Notes under the pieces: model-generated
What the model was told of the DNA's origin: nothing
Seen by the model: the letters and a program-made list of their open reading frames with translations, nothing else
Databases searched by the model: none
Translations under genes and position numbers: made by a program
Source of the DNA: a virus
Taxonomy: Duplodnaviria > Heunggongvirae > Uroviricota > Caudoviricetes
Reading direction: 5' to 3' (one strand)
Length of the DNA stretch: 16,606 bases
IMG/VR virus record: IMGVR_UViG_2623620506_000007
Span: 1-16,606 of that record
Shown: in pieces, positions 1 to 7,918 of the stretch
How the letters are laid out: each line of letters begins with the position of its first letter
How positions within the stretch are numbered: the stretch's first letter is position 1

Positions 1-84
1 ATGGCGGGTTATTTGTCCTGGTTATTCCCCCGTTGTAAAATCTCTCCTAAACTTAACGGTACGGCACCACACTTCGGGGATGAA

Positions 85-276
85 ATGTTCGCGCTGGTAC
101 TTTTTGTTTGCTACCTGGATGGCGGTTGTGAAGATATTGTTGTGGATGTCTACAACACGGAACAGCAGTGTCTTTATTCTATGAGCGATCAACGGATCCG
201 CCATGGCGGTTGTTTTCCGATTGAGGATTTTATAGATGGTTTCTGGCGACCTGCACAGGAGTACGGTGATTTTTAA
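85..276 (+). CDS. yebW: Small conserved protein, YebW-like (63 aa from the internal ATG at 85)
   Basis: ORF 1..276 in the track; the internal ATG at 85 gives a 63-aa product. It is convergent with pphA, which matches the yebW-pphA arrangement I recall from E. coli K-12. Identity rests on synteny and recalled size, not a search. Confidence 0.4.
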   Translation: MFALVLFVCYLDGGCEDIVVDVYNTEQQCLYSMSDQRIRHGGCFPIEDFIDGFWRPAQEYGDF

Positions 277-933
277 TTATTGCAATTGCACAAGAGTCAG
301 TTCGCCCCCAAAGACAGCACCGGTATCAATATAATGCAGGTTGCCAATATCCACGCGATGTCGCAACGGTGTATGACCAAACCAGAAATAATCAGCACCT
401 GTAATTCCCTGCCCTTTTTGGCGTTCACCTAATCGCGAGCGGCTCCACAAGACCTGATGCAAATCAACGTCCTTTTGCCATTCATAAACATCATCTGGAT
501 AATCGGCATGAGCAATAACATGTTTGCCGGTACGACTGTGTACTTCAAGAATAAAGGGCAAATGCTGACATTTTTCCAGCGCCGTTTTCGCTTGTTTCTG
601 TTGATTATCTGCCAGCGCAATAAACCAGTCGCCGCCATTCATCAACCACAAAGACATCTGCTGAGATGCCAGCGCATCCATCGCCATCTGTTCATGATTG
701 CCTCTTACCGCACGAACCCAATGTTGTTCCAGTAACTGCAGACAACGTAAACTTTGCGGCCCACGATCGATAACGTCTCCCACTGAGATAAGTAAATCTC
801 GCCACGGATCAAAACGACAATGCCATAATTTGCGGCGCAACTGCTCAAGACAACCGTGTATATCGCCAGAAAGCCAGATATGTCGCCATTGATGACCCGC
901 AATTCTCTGATAAACGGGCGCAGGCTGTTTCAT
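277..933 (-). CDS. pphA: Serine/threonine protein phosphatase 1, PP1/2A/2B (calcineurin-like) metallophosphatase
   Basis: Metallophosphatase motifs GDIHG, GDVIDRG and GNHE are present in the 219-aa track ORF. The first codon in the track is TTG; the ATG at 933..931 gives 218 aa, preceded by GGAGG about 9 nt upstream. The N-terminus matches my recollection of E. coli PphA/PrpA. Confidence 0.9.
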   Translation of the reverse strand: MKQPAPVYQRIAGHQWRHIWLSGDIHGCLEQLRRKLWHCRFDPWRDLLISVGDVIDRGPQSLRCLQLLEQHWVRAVRGNHEQMAMDALASQQMSLWLMNGGDWFIALADNQQKQAKTALEKCQHLPFILEVHSRTGKHVIAHADYPDDVYEWQKDVDLHQVLWSRSRLGERQKGQGITGADYFWFGHTPLRHRVDIGNLHYIDTGAVFGGELTLVQLQ

Positions 934-1060
934 CAATATTTTCCTCCCGCGCTAAAGATCACATAATCTTAACAAGAATGTTAAAAAACGCTGGACTCAG
1001 ACAGTAGAGTGTGTGTTATGGTTGACTATAAAGTCAGCGAAGGGAATGCTTCTGGCTTTT

Positions 1061-1093
1061 AACAGATAAAAAGAGACCGAACACGATTCCTGT
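1061..1093 (-). ncRNA. sdsR: 3'-terminal fragment of sRNA SdsR/RyeB (terminator half plus U-tract); putative att core
   Basis: The minus strand reads ACAGGAAUCGUGUUCGGUCUCUUUUUAUCUGUU, which matches the 3' end of SdsR as I recall it. The 5' half of the terminator stem that should follow (CCGAACAC) is replaced by CGUAAAC, so similarity stops near 1094. The rest of the sRNA gene is absent. Confidence 0.4.
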
Positions 1094-1104
1094 TTACGCC
1101 CCAA

Positions 1105-1155
1105 TCAATAAAAACCCTTTAAATTCATCGTCATAATCCATAAAACCCTTCAAAA
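1105..1155 (+). repeat. Two direct copies of ATAAAA(A)CCCTT(T/C)AAA about 31 bp apart; candidate integrase arm-type sites
   Basis: caATAAAAACCCTTTAAAttc at about 1108-1123 and ccATAAAACCCTTCAAAAac at about 1140-1155, in non-coding DNA just inside the putative att junction. Confidence 0.3.
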
Positions 1156-1386
1156 ACAACGATGCAATACTTACCATTGCGTTCTTTCAAGATCAAACTT
1201 TTGCCAATCTATTCGAGTGCGCGACGAGTAAATTTCGTGGCGTCATAATCGTTGATTTAATTATCGCGCATTTGCAAAACTATGCGCAGCTCCTTCCAGA
1301 AATCACCTCGGCTTGTTTACAGCCACCCCGACCGCCGGCACAATCGCCACCGATCTGTTTGTATGATTTATGGTGCGCACCGCCTT

Positions 1387-2655
1387 TCAACGGACAATCA
1401 ACAAATCAGAAAATCTTGTCGTATATCGAGGCGACAGCATTTCCCTTTTCATTTGCCACTGCTGCTGAACGCCCTGGCCAGCAAAGTAAATCGTTCCCCT
1501 ACCGTCTTTGGCATTAAGATTATCCAGCAACTCCATGAGCTTCTCGCTGCCTGCCCGCGGCGCGTTCTCATCAAAGAGATTAAGCTGAGCGACACCCTGA
1601 CTGAAGAAGTCGCCAAGCATGACGCCGGCTTTCTGATACCGATGGCCGTCTCGCCAGATTTTGTCCAGGCACTTTACCGCCGCATTGATTATGTCCCGGC
1701 TGTCCTGCGTGGGAATAAGAAGCTTAATTGATGCACTGTTGCCATAGTAGGGTTCATTAAGGGCAAAGGGGCTGGTCTTCACGAAGGCTGAGATAAAGCG
1801 GCAGTACTGATGCTCACCGCGCAGTTTCTCCGCCGCGCGTGCAGCGTAGCTGCAGATAGCCTGGCGCATCTGCTCATAATCGGTAACCCGCTCGCCAAAA
1901 GAGCGGGAGCAGACAATTTCCTGTTTCGCCGGCGCAAACTCCTCCAGTTCAAGGCATGGCTCGCCGCGCAGTTCCCGCACGGTACGCTCCAGCACCACAT
2001 TGAAGTGTTTTCGGATAATCCATGTGCCCTGCTCTGACAGGTCCAGCGCGGTTTTAATGCCCATTGCGTTGAGCTTTTTGCTGATGCGCCTGCCGACGCC
2101 CCAGACATCCTCCACGGGAACGAGAGACATTAGCCGACGCTGGCGATCGACGTTCGACAAATCCACTACGCCGCCGGTCTGCCGCTGCCATTTTTTCGCA
2201 GCGTGATTAGCAAGCTTCGCCAGGGTTTTGGTCTGGGCAATGCCGACGCCCACGGTAAGATGTGTGTTCTGCAAAACCGTAGCGCGAATTTCCCTTCCAA
2301 AATCTTCCAGGTTCCGGCAATTCCGTACGCCAGTGAGATCGCAAAAGGCCTCATCGATTGAGTATATTTCTACGCGAGGGCTCATTTCCTCGAGCGTTGT
2401 CATTACACGCTGGCTCATGTCCGCATACAGCTCATAATTGGAACTGAAGCAGACCACGCCGTAGCGACGGAACAAATCTTTCTGCTTAAAGAAAGGCTCG
2501 CCCATTTTAATGCCCAGCTCTTTCGCCTCCGCAGAACGGGCAATAACACATCCATCATTGTTAGAAAGCACGACCACCGGCCGCCCTTTCAGGTCTGGTC
2601 TAAATACCGTTTCGCAGGATGCGTAAAAAGAATTTACGTCACAGAGCGCGAACAT
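1387..2655 (-). CDS. umuC: UmuC, catalytic subunit of error-prone DNA polymerase V (Y family), 422 aa
   Basis: From the ATG at 2655 the product starts [22 protein letters not shown] and runs full length with the beta-clamp motif QLNLF. It is very similar to enterobacterial UmuC from memory. The track start at 2670 is a longer alternative; the ATG at 2655 overlaps the upstream stop as TGATG. Confidence 0.95.
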   Translation of the reverse strand: MFALCDVNSFYASCETVFRPDLKGRPVVVLSNNDGCVIARSAEAKELGIKMGEPFFKQKDLFRRYGVVCFSSNYELYADMSQRVMTTLEEMSPRVEIYSIDEAFCDLTGVRNCRNLEDFGREIRATVLQNTHLTVGVGIAQTKTLAKLANHAAKKWQRQTGGVVDLSNVDRQRRLMSLVPVEDVWGVGRRISKKLNAMGIKTALDLSEQGTWIIRKHFNVVLERTVRELRGEPCLELEEFAPAKQEIVCSRSFGERVTDYEQMRQAICSYAARAAEKLRGEHQYCRFISAFVKTSPFALNEPYYGNSASIKLLIPTQDSRDIINAAVKCLDKIWRDGHRYQKAGVMLGDFFSQGVAQLNLFDENAPRAGSEKLMELLDNLNAKDGRGTIYFAGQGVQQQWQMKREMLSPRYTTRFSDLLIVR

Positions 2656-2930
2656 CACATCACCGGGCAATCATCAAAGTCAGTCGGTTCGCCAGAATGC
2701 GTTAAGATACCGACCAACTGAACATACTCCAGTGATTCCCCTTCAATGGCCTCACCTTCTTCAGTAATCAGCGCATTCCCAGCTTTATACGCATATTGCT
2801 GGCGACCGCAAAACCATATCAGCAATGTGACGCTGGCGTAAGCATGTCTCTCGCACTCTTCTGGAACGTCTAACATTTCGATATTAGGTAAGCTACCGCA
2901 TACCTCAAAGTTCTCTGTGTAATCAATCAT
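2655..2930 (-). CDS. Small acidic 4-Cys protein (91 aa) in the position normally held by umuD; function unknown
   Basis: ATG at 2930 with AAGGGG 7-12 nt upstream, LexA box and promoter directly upstream, and stop overlapping the umuC start (TGATG). No S24 peptidase hallmarks (no GDSM-type serine, no TVKK-type lysine), and it is too short for UmuD (about 139 aa). The other two frames are full of stops, so this is not a frameshifted umuD. Confidence 0.65.
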   Translation of the reverse strand: MIDYTENFEVCGSLPNIEMLDVPEECERHAYASVTLLIWFCGRQQYAYKAGNALITEEGEAIEGESLEYVQLVGILTHSGEPTDFDDCPVM

Positions 2931-2946
2931 CTGCCCGCCCCTTATG

Positions 2947-2989
2947 TACTGTTTTTATATACAGTAGTTTTAATTTGAGGGCAGAGCAA
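2947..2989 (-). promoter_or_regulatory. LexA (SOS) box overlapping a sigma70-like promoter for the small-ORF-umuC operon
   Basis: Plus strand 2947-2966 is tactgtttttatatacagta, which on the minus strand reads TACTGTATATAAAAACAGTA, a perfect CTGT-N8-ACAG palindrome. It matches the E. coli umuDC operator as I recall it. -35 TTGCTC (2989..2984) and -10 TACTGT (2966..2961) are 17 bp apart, with the -10 inside the LexA box. Confidence 0.85.
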
Positions 2990-2994
2990 GAGAT

Positions 2995-3591
2995 TTACAC
3001 TTCTGGTGATGATGGCCAGTTGATCTGAGGAGCCGTCGAAGTATCGACTCCCTCGAGCGCATCGAGATAATCAAGCCATGCGTTATACTTCGCCTTTTCC
3101 GGATCATTCAGGCGGCCCATAGCTGCTTTGCCGGGCCACTGCTTACTGTTCATAAACTCATTTGCCTGATCGATTCTGTCCTGTTTCTCTGCTTCAGCAG
3201 CCGCAACATCAGCAGTATGTTCAGCTACAGTATCGGTTACCCATTTGGTGCCGTCCCACTTATCGTAGGGACTAGAAGGTGTGATGAGGGTATAACCATC
3301 GTGAATCGGCCCGATGTAATCTACGATTACAGCTGATTTGTCAGTGGTTGAATAAACTCTTTTACCGCGATTATCTTGTTTTTGTTCCCAATTACTACCG
3401 TTGAAAACCGCAACTTTTCCGGCAACCTCATCACCAGGATCAATATCTGTTGAATGCCCGGGCATGCTTACACCGATGTTAATGAATTCGTCAGACCAGC
3501 CCATATATTCTGATGTCACCGAATCATAATAAAAACAGCGAATTTCGCCATTTTGTGTTGCTAATCCATTTTCATCAAAAACAGGTTTCAT
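2995..3591 (-). CDS. Tail fiber assembly protein (Tfa chaperone)
   Basis: 198 aa with the C-terminal stretch KYNAWLDYLDALEGVDTSTAPQINWP typical of lambda Tfa / P2 gpG-type chaperones. It lies immediately downstream of the fiber gene, and its start overlaps the fiber stop (TAATG). Confidence 0.8.
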   Translation of the reverse strand: MKPVFDENGLATQNGEIRCFYYDSVTSEYMGWSDEFINIGVSMPGHSTDIDPGDEVAGKVAVFNGSNWEQKQDNRGKRVYSTTDKSAVIVDYIGPIHDGYTLITPSSPYDKWDGTKWVTDTVAEHTADVAAAEAEKQDRIDQANEFMNSKQWPGKAAMGRLNDPEKAKYNAWLDYLDALEGVDTSTAPQINWPSSPEV

Positions 3592-4313
3592 TACTTAGCC
3601 CTCACCAAAAAGTTAAATGCGATGTTACGCGGCCTTGTCTCGACATCCCCTGTAGAGCCTGTCTCAATGATGTAGTTTGTTAACGTGCCACCAGCGTCCG
3701 CACCAACAACGTACTGCCCAGATGTAGGGTCAAATCCTGTCGCCCCCCAGGTCTTTTCAAATCTATGAGTGTGTGCTTTTAAAGAGTCCGCCTGTGCACT
3801 TAACAACGCCCGGCCGCTATCAATCCCGCGGCCATCATCCCAAACACGCAGAAATTCTCCACGTGCTTCAGTTAGCGTTAGCCCAGGAAATACCAGGGCA
3901 AGTTTTGGGTAGGTTGAAGCTGAAAATGTAGCGCCGTTAAACTTCAGAAACACCATATCTGCCCATTCGGTCATAACGGTATTAGGCATTGCTGACGATG
4001 GCCAGAAGAATGGAATACCAATGGCAGGCGCACCCGCCTCTAAGCGCAGGTTCTTGATAAGCGCATTCGTGAATTTTGTCACCAGGCCATTGACGTCTGC
4101 ATTGTCCAGGGCATCAACGCCGGAGTTGGCAATAAACTGTCCCACTACCGCTGCGATAGTAGTCGCTTGGCGAAGCGCTTTATTTACTTGTGCGCTGGAC
4201 GCTTTGCCTGCAGCAAAACCAGACAGCAACGCGGGTAGCGCTTCCCAGCCAGCCTGTGGAGTTACATTAGCGTTAGGATCAAGCGCGAACGCTTTAAAGT
4301 TGTTTGTTGCCAT
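3591..4313 (-). CDS. Tail fiber protein with tail-collar-type domain
   Basis: Contains EARGEFLRVWDDGRGIDSGRALLSAQADSLKAHTH, which resembles the phage tail-collar / fiber motif. The ATG at 4313 (MATNNFKAF...) is preferred to the track start at 4331. Only about 240 aa, which is short for a fiber. Confidence 0.7.
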   Translation of the reverse strand: MATNNFKAFALDPNANVTPQAGWEALPALLSGFAAGKASSAQVNKALRQATTIAAVVGQFIANSGVDALDNADVNGLVTKFTNALIKNLRLEAGAPAIGIPFFWPSSAMPNTVMTEWADMVFLKFNGATFSASTYPKLALVFPGLTLTEARGEFLRVWDDGRGIDSGRALLSAQADSLKAHTHRFEKTWGATGFDPTSGQYVVGADAGGTLTNYIIETGSTGDVETRPRNIAFNFLVRAK

Positions 4314-4993
4314 CAGAATAATACCCCCCATGCGCCGGTATCAAAACCGCCGATATATTCGTTATCCATATCAAAACCAAAGAATTTTGAGCCTTCGGAG
4401 GGTGTTTCAACCGAAGGCATTTCAACATCACCAGCCCATACGCCAGCTGCTTTAACGGTGAGATAACCCTGCTTGATAGCGGCAATCAGTTCGAGTGACA
4501 CATCCGAAATATCGGTCTCCGGGAATACCCAGACCGAGATCGTCATGTCCTGGTTGTCAACGATCTGCATCTTCAGGCCCGAACCCACCGTGGCAGTGTC
4601 AAGAATGTCCGGAAGCGAATCGTTACGCCCGTCCCAGTTGTTAATAGCGATTTTTGCTTTCAGAATAGTGCGATAGGTATCATCGCTAAGCGTCGTATAG
4701 CCGGAGTCAGGATCATATGGCCCCTGCCATACGCCCTGGTCATATCCGAGCCCCTCCGTGTCCCAGCTGAAATAAACGCCACTTATCGGCTGGCTGACTA
4801 TACGGCTACGTCCAATCCAGAGTCCGAGAATATCGAGCTGCACGCCAACAGCCGTATCGATGTCAAACGCACCCACCAGACCCCTTGTGGCTGACGTGAT
4901 ATCAATCAGGGGACGGGTACTCAGGTCGATGTGATCGAGGTATTTCGGCTTAGTGGCGTGGTAGTTAGTGATTAAATCCGTGTACCTGCTCAT
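4313..4993 (-). CDS. Baseplate / tail protein, DUF2612-like (e14 YmfQ-like)
   Basis: 226 aa between the J-like gene and the fiber, the position held by YmfQ-type proteins in e14/SfV-like tails. Start overlaps the J-like stop (ATGA). Family assignment is from position and general character, not a search. Confidence 0.5.
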   Translation of the reverse strand: MSRYTDLITNYHATKPKYLDHIDLSTRPLIDITSATRGLVGAFDIDTAVGVQLDILGLWIGRSRIVSQPISGVYFSWDTEGLGYDQGVWQGPYDPDSGYTTLSDDTYRTILKAKIAINNWDGRNDSLPDILDTATVGSGLKMQIVDNQDMTISVWVFPETDISDVSLELIAAIKQGYLTVKAAGVWAGDVEMPSVETPSEGSKFFGFDMDNEYIGGFDTGAWGVLF

Positions 4994-6189
4994 GACGTCA
5001 CCGTGATAACGATGTTTGCCGGTTTACATGAAGCTGATTCGTCGTAGGCTATGATTATGTTTGCCGATGCTACGGATCCTGCTGATTTACCGATGAGTAA
5101 TTCCTGGATGTCGTAATAACGCGCGCTACCGCCGCTGACCACCCCGAGGTTGGCAGGTGAATAAATGCGGCTCAGCAGCACCGAATCACCGATCGTCAGA
5201 GCGTTGATGTAATCCGCAACGGCCTGCTGAATCGCCTTCCCTATTTGTGATGTGTAACCTGCGAAAGCTTTCAGCGTTATATGTCCGTAAATAGGAACAT
5301 CCGTTGACCGGGAAAAGCGAATCACATGGGGATTACCGTATTTATCCGGCACCGTGACGGCTGTCGCACCATACGTTGACACCCCCTGCCCCTTATTGCC
5401 CCTGATGGCCTGGGCGATTTCAGTCAGATCGCCGCCATCCACGATGGCAGAGATAGAGTGTGGCGGCAGCCCATTACTGTCGGTCGTGCCGGTATCATTC
5501 TCGTAGAGCTTGTGACGTGTAACCCCTGCAACGTTCACTATCGCACCGTCCACGCCTTCAAACGGCGTGATGGAGGGTAGCGCGACGCTCTGCCCCTGCC
5601 GGGTACGCAACTCTGCATCGGTTTCCGCCGGGGAGCCGACGGTGGCCGCCGCCGGGTTAGTTACCGAAGTCCAGCCGCGCGTCGGTGTGTTAATGGTCGT
5701 GACCGTTCCGGACAGCGCGGCCACTGCGCCGCTATTTGAGCAGGTGGCAGTGACCGTCGCCGTCCCGTCTAAACCAATTACCACTGAGGCCGGCATGTTC
5801 CAGACCAGGCCATTCTTATCCCTGACGGAACCATTTGAAATGGTCGTCCCGGCCGCGCCGCTAAGCAATAAATCAACCGTTGAGTTGGTAGCCGTTCTCC
5901 TTTTGATACCGTTTATTTTTACGTTCTTGCTCAGCCCTGCGCCATAACCGGTGGCGGGCGAAAAGCTGTTGTAAACAGCAATGGCCGTGTTATTAGCATC
6001 GTGAATAGCCAGGGCCACCAGAGCAACCATCTGCCCGTCTTTGCTGTCAGGATTCAGATAAGCATCGCTGCCATATATCTGTTTAAAGTAGTTGGTCAGG
6101 GTGTCCAGTATTGTCTGGTAATCAGGCGCGCTGATCCCCTCAGCGGTTACCGTTGCCGATAAGCCGAGCGTGTCCAAATTGAGGGCCAT
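4990..6189 (-). CDS. Baseplate J-like protein (P2 gpJ / Mu gp47 family)
   Basis: 399 aa, Thr/Gly/Ala-rich, in the canonical position after the gp25-like gene and directly abutting it. Confidence 0.75.
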   Translation of the reverse strand: MALNLDTLGLSATVTAEGISAPDYQTILDTLTNYFKQIYGSDAYLNPDSKDGQMVALVALAIHDANNTAIAVYNSFSPATGYGAGLSKNVKINGIKRRTATNSTVDLLLSGAAGTTISNGSVRDKNGLVWNMPASVVIGLDGTATVTATCSNSGAVAALSGTVTTINTPTRGWTSVTNPAAATVGSPAETDAELRTRQGQSVALPSITPFEGVDGAIVNVAGVTRHKLYENDTGTTDSNGLPPHSISAIVDGGDLTEIAQAIRGNKGQGVSTYGATAVTVPDKYGNPHVIRFSRSTDVPIYGHITLKAFAGYTSQIGKAIQQAVADYINALTIGDSVLLSRIYSPANLGVVSGGSARYYDIQELLIGKSAGSVASANIIIAYDESASCKPANIVITVTS

Positions 6190-6543
6190 TTATGCCTCGC
6201 TGGTAAGGGTGGTTTGTCCGTAGATAGTGTTTATGGTGGCTGTGAACGTAACCCGGCGTGTCGTGCTTTCATTCACGGTATCAAAGGCCAGGATGGACAG
6301 AACGCCAGGCGTGGTGCTGATGCGATCCCTGATCGCAAGGTTATAAACCTCAGGCCTTTGCTTTCCCAGAACAGACTGGATATAGGGTGTGCCCGCGGTC
6401 GTGTCCAGAAACCACTGGCCCTTCCACAGTTCAAAGCGAGTTTTTACGGCCTGGGCCACGCACTCAGGGGAGTTGATCAGGAAAGTATCATCGCCCTGGC
6501 CGAAGGTGTAGTCTCCGTCTTCGTCTTCGCGTCGGTATCGCAT
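6190..6543 (-). CDS. Baseplate wedge protein, GPW / gp25-like
   Basis: 117 aa between the spike and J-like genes. The segment AQAVKTRFELWKGQWFLDTTAGTPY fits the gp25/GPW pattern as I recall it. Confidence 0.5.
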   Translation of the reverse strand: MRYRREDEDGDYTFGQGDDTFLINSPECVAQAVKTRFELWKGQWFLDTTAGTPYIQSVLGKQRPEVYNLAIRDRISTTPGVLSILAFDTVNESTTRRVTFTATINTIYGQTTLTSEA

Positions 6544-6545
6544 AA

Positions 6546-7199
6546 TTACCCCCCCAGTGGTTTCGTATTGCTGCCGCCGCTTTCCACGCCGCCATGCGTA
6601 TGCTTATCAACCATTGAGCCATCCACCAGCTGCAGGCGGCCGTCAGGCAGAATTTTCAAACCGTTGAGGTTAAAACCTCCCGGCGCAGTTCCCGTTATCG
6701 CTCCGGTTGAAGGATTAAGACTCAACCTGGTACCACCGTCGTCGCTGCGCAGTTCAACCGCACTGGTACTGATGCCGCTGATTTTCTTTGCCTGCGACTG
6801 CGGCCCCACTATGGCAAACGCATCACTCAGGTCATGCTGGCGCGGGTCAACCGGTTCCTGTACCCCGCCGCTCTGCCACCAGAAGTCGATGCAGCGATCC
6901 GAGAAGACCAGGAGGCATTCGTCACCGGACTTTACCGGGAAAGTTAAAGTGCAGCCGCCGCCGCGGGGAAACACCACCGGAACGTCTGGCAGGATCGGTA
7001 TCTCCTCAGAAACCAGAGCACCATCGTCGCCGAGCCGCTGACCATAGATGGCCGGCTGCACGGTGCATGTCACTGTTTCAGGGTCAAAGGACTGGATGAT
7101 CCCCGGCAAAGCCACGCGCAAGCTGCCGAAAATGGCGTGGCGATGCGCCTCAAGGGTCTGCGATTCGTTGCCGTCCTGCGCGCGGGCTGATACTGGCAT
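6546..7199 (-). CDS. Baseplate spike / assembly protein V-like (Mu gp45 / P2 gpV type)
   Basis: 217 aa with a Gly-rich C-terminal tip carrying HTH (VDKHTHGGVESGG), as in the metal-binding apex of gpV-type spikes. GGAGA lies 7-11 nt upstream of the ATG at 7199. Confidence 0.65.
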   Translation of the reverse strand: MPVSARAQDGNESQTLEAHRHAIFGSLRVALPGIIQSFDPETVTCTVQPAIYGQRLGDDGALVSEEIPILPDVPVVFPRGGGCTLTFPVKSGDECLLVFSDRCIDFWWQSGGVQEPVDPRQHDLSDAFAIVGPQSQAKKISGISTSAVELRSDDGGTRLSLNPSTGAITGTAPGGFNLNGLKILPDGRLQLVDGSMVDKHTHGGVESGGSNTKPLGG

Positions 7200-7210
7200 A
7201 GTTTTCTCCA

Positions 7211-7240
7211 GGCAATAAAAAACCCGCCGTAGCGGGTTTG
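7211..7240 (-). terminator. Rho-independent terminator for the minus-strand transcript
   Basis: Minus strand reads CAAACCCGC-UACG-GCGGGUUU followed by UUUUUUAUU: an 8-bp GC-rich stem with a 4-nt loop and a U-tract. It sits 16 nt after the stop at 7256 and directly upstream of the spike gene RBS. Confidence 0.7.
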
Positions 7241-7255
7241 CGTGAAAAGGTGATT

Positions 7256-7576
7256 TTATATGTCTTTTTTAAGTACTAACTGGCAGTCATCCTTGGTTAA
7301 TCCCAAAACTTTTGCCGACTCCTCATAACCGCAGGCGGTTTTCACTCTCCTGAATCCGAGCAAGGCAAACTTATCACCTTGGGTTTCCATGAGATGTTTT
7401 TCGTCCCCACCTTCTCTTCTTGCGAAGCCTGCAGCTTCAAATCTTGATGCTTTTGATATAGCCACATGAACCGGGAAGTTTTCATCCAGATCGGGATGTT
7501 TTTTGAAGAAGTCAGCCAACGTTCCAGCCGTACATGAAAATGAAGCCAGGATGATAAAAACAAGCAGTCCTTTCAT
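7256..7576 (-). CDS. Small exported protein (106 aa, N-terminal signal peptide, Cys-containing); moron gene 2
   Basis: N-terminus MKGLLVFIILASFSCTAG is hydrophobic and signal-like, with no canonical lipobox. Local GC is lower than in the flanking tail genes, and the terminator follows. Confidence 0.55.
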   Translation of the reverse strand: MKGLLVFIILASFSCTAGTLADFFKKHPDLDENFPVHVAISKASRFEAAGFARREGGDEKHLMETQGDKFALLGFRRVKTACGYEESAKVLGLTKDDCQLVLKKDI

Positions 7577-7581
7577 GATAG

Positions 7582-7911
7582 TTACCCATTAGCACTACAG
7601 TTATAAGTCCCAAAAACTCGCGGAGCGTTCATATTTGCCCTAAGCGCTTCAACATTCAAAAAAGCCTTGCCGTCACGCTTAATCAGTTCATAGCCATATG
7701 CATACCCATCAGGGGCAGGGGACAAAACCATCTCAAGCTTCATGTTGGAATAGTCGCCTTTCGCCTTCAAAAAAGTAACTTTTTGAGTGCTGGTCACCAC
7801 CCCGTTTATTGTCGTTTCGCCTGACTCGTTGGCATCAACTAGCCATTTACCACACTTTAACCCCGAGGCATGACTAATGCCTGCAGCCAGTAGCACCAAG
7901 ATACCTAACAT
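7582..7911 (-). CDS. Small exported protein (109 aa from the ATG at 7911, signal peptide with SHA-SG cleavage-like site); moron gene 1
   Basis: The track ORF 7582..8028 overlaps the hub gene by 110 nt. The internal ATG at 7911 gives MLGILVLLAAGISHASG..., a typical signal peptide, and starts 7 nt after the hub stop. Low-GC segment. Confidence 0.55.
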   Translation of the reverse strand: MLGILVLLAAGISHASGLKCGKWLVDANESGETTINGVVTSTQKVTFLKAKGDYSNMKLEMVLSPAPDGYAYGYELIKRDGKAFLNVEALRANMNAPRVFGTYNCSANG

Positions 7912-7918
7912 CCTAATG

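Noticed and set aside
937-1060. Promoter or regulatory elements for pphA in the pphA-sdsR intergenic region
   Set aside because: There is no unambiguous -35/-10 pair or known operator that I could call by eye; left unannotated.
1372-1381. Palindrome GGTGCGCACC as an intrinsic terminator for umuC
   Set aside because: Only a 5-bp stem with no loop and no following U-tract on the minus strand; kept as a possible binding site rather than annotated as a terminator.
1272-1731. Plus-strand ORFs 1272..1517 and 1282..1731 overlapping the 3' end of umuC
   Set aside because: They are antisense to a clearly intact umuC and start in the non-coding junction region; no supporting signals.
2655-2930. Possibility that the small ORF is a frameshifted or internally deleted umuD
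   Set aside because: I translated the other two minus-strand frames across 2641-2940 by hand. Both are broken by multiple stops and contain no UmuD-like peptides (no GDSM, LLIVD or TVKK-type segments). A very remote relationship in the annotated frame cannot be excluded without a profile search.
6214-7041. Long plus-strand ORFs antisense to the tail genes (for example 6214..7041, 6788..7099, 10431..10889, 10936..11421, 12061..12450, 13283..13597, 15853..16314)
   Set aside because: Each lies entirely inside a well-supported, translationally coupled minus-strand gene in GC-rich DNA, has no RBS or operon context, and has biased, low-complexity composition (Arg/Pro/Ser-rich). These are typical shadow ORFs.
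7217-7240. Plus-strand reading of the hairpin at 7217-7240 as a terminator
   Set aside because: On the plus strand the A-run precedes the stem and only three T follow it. The U-tract is on the minus strand, which matches the direction of the operon.
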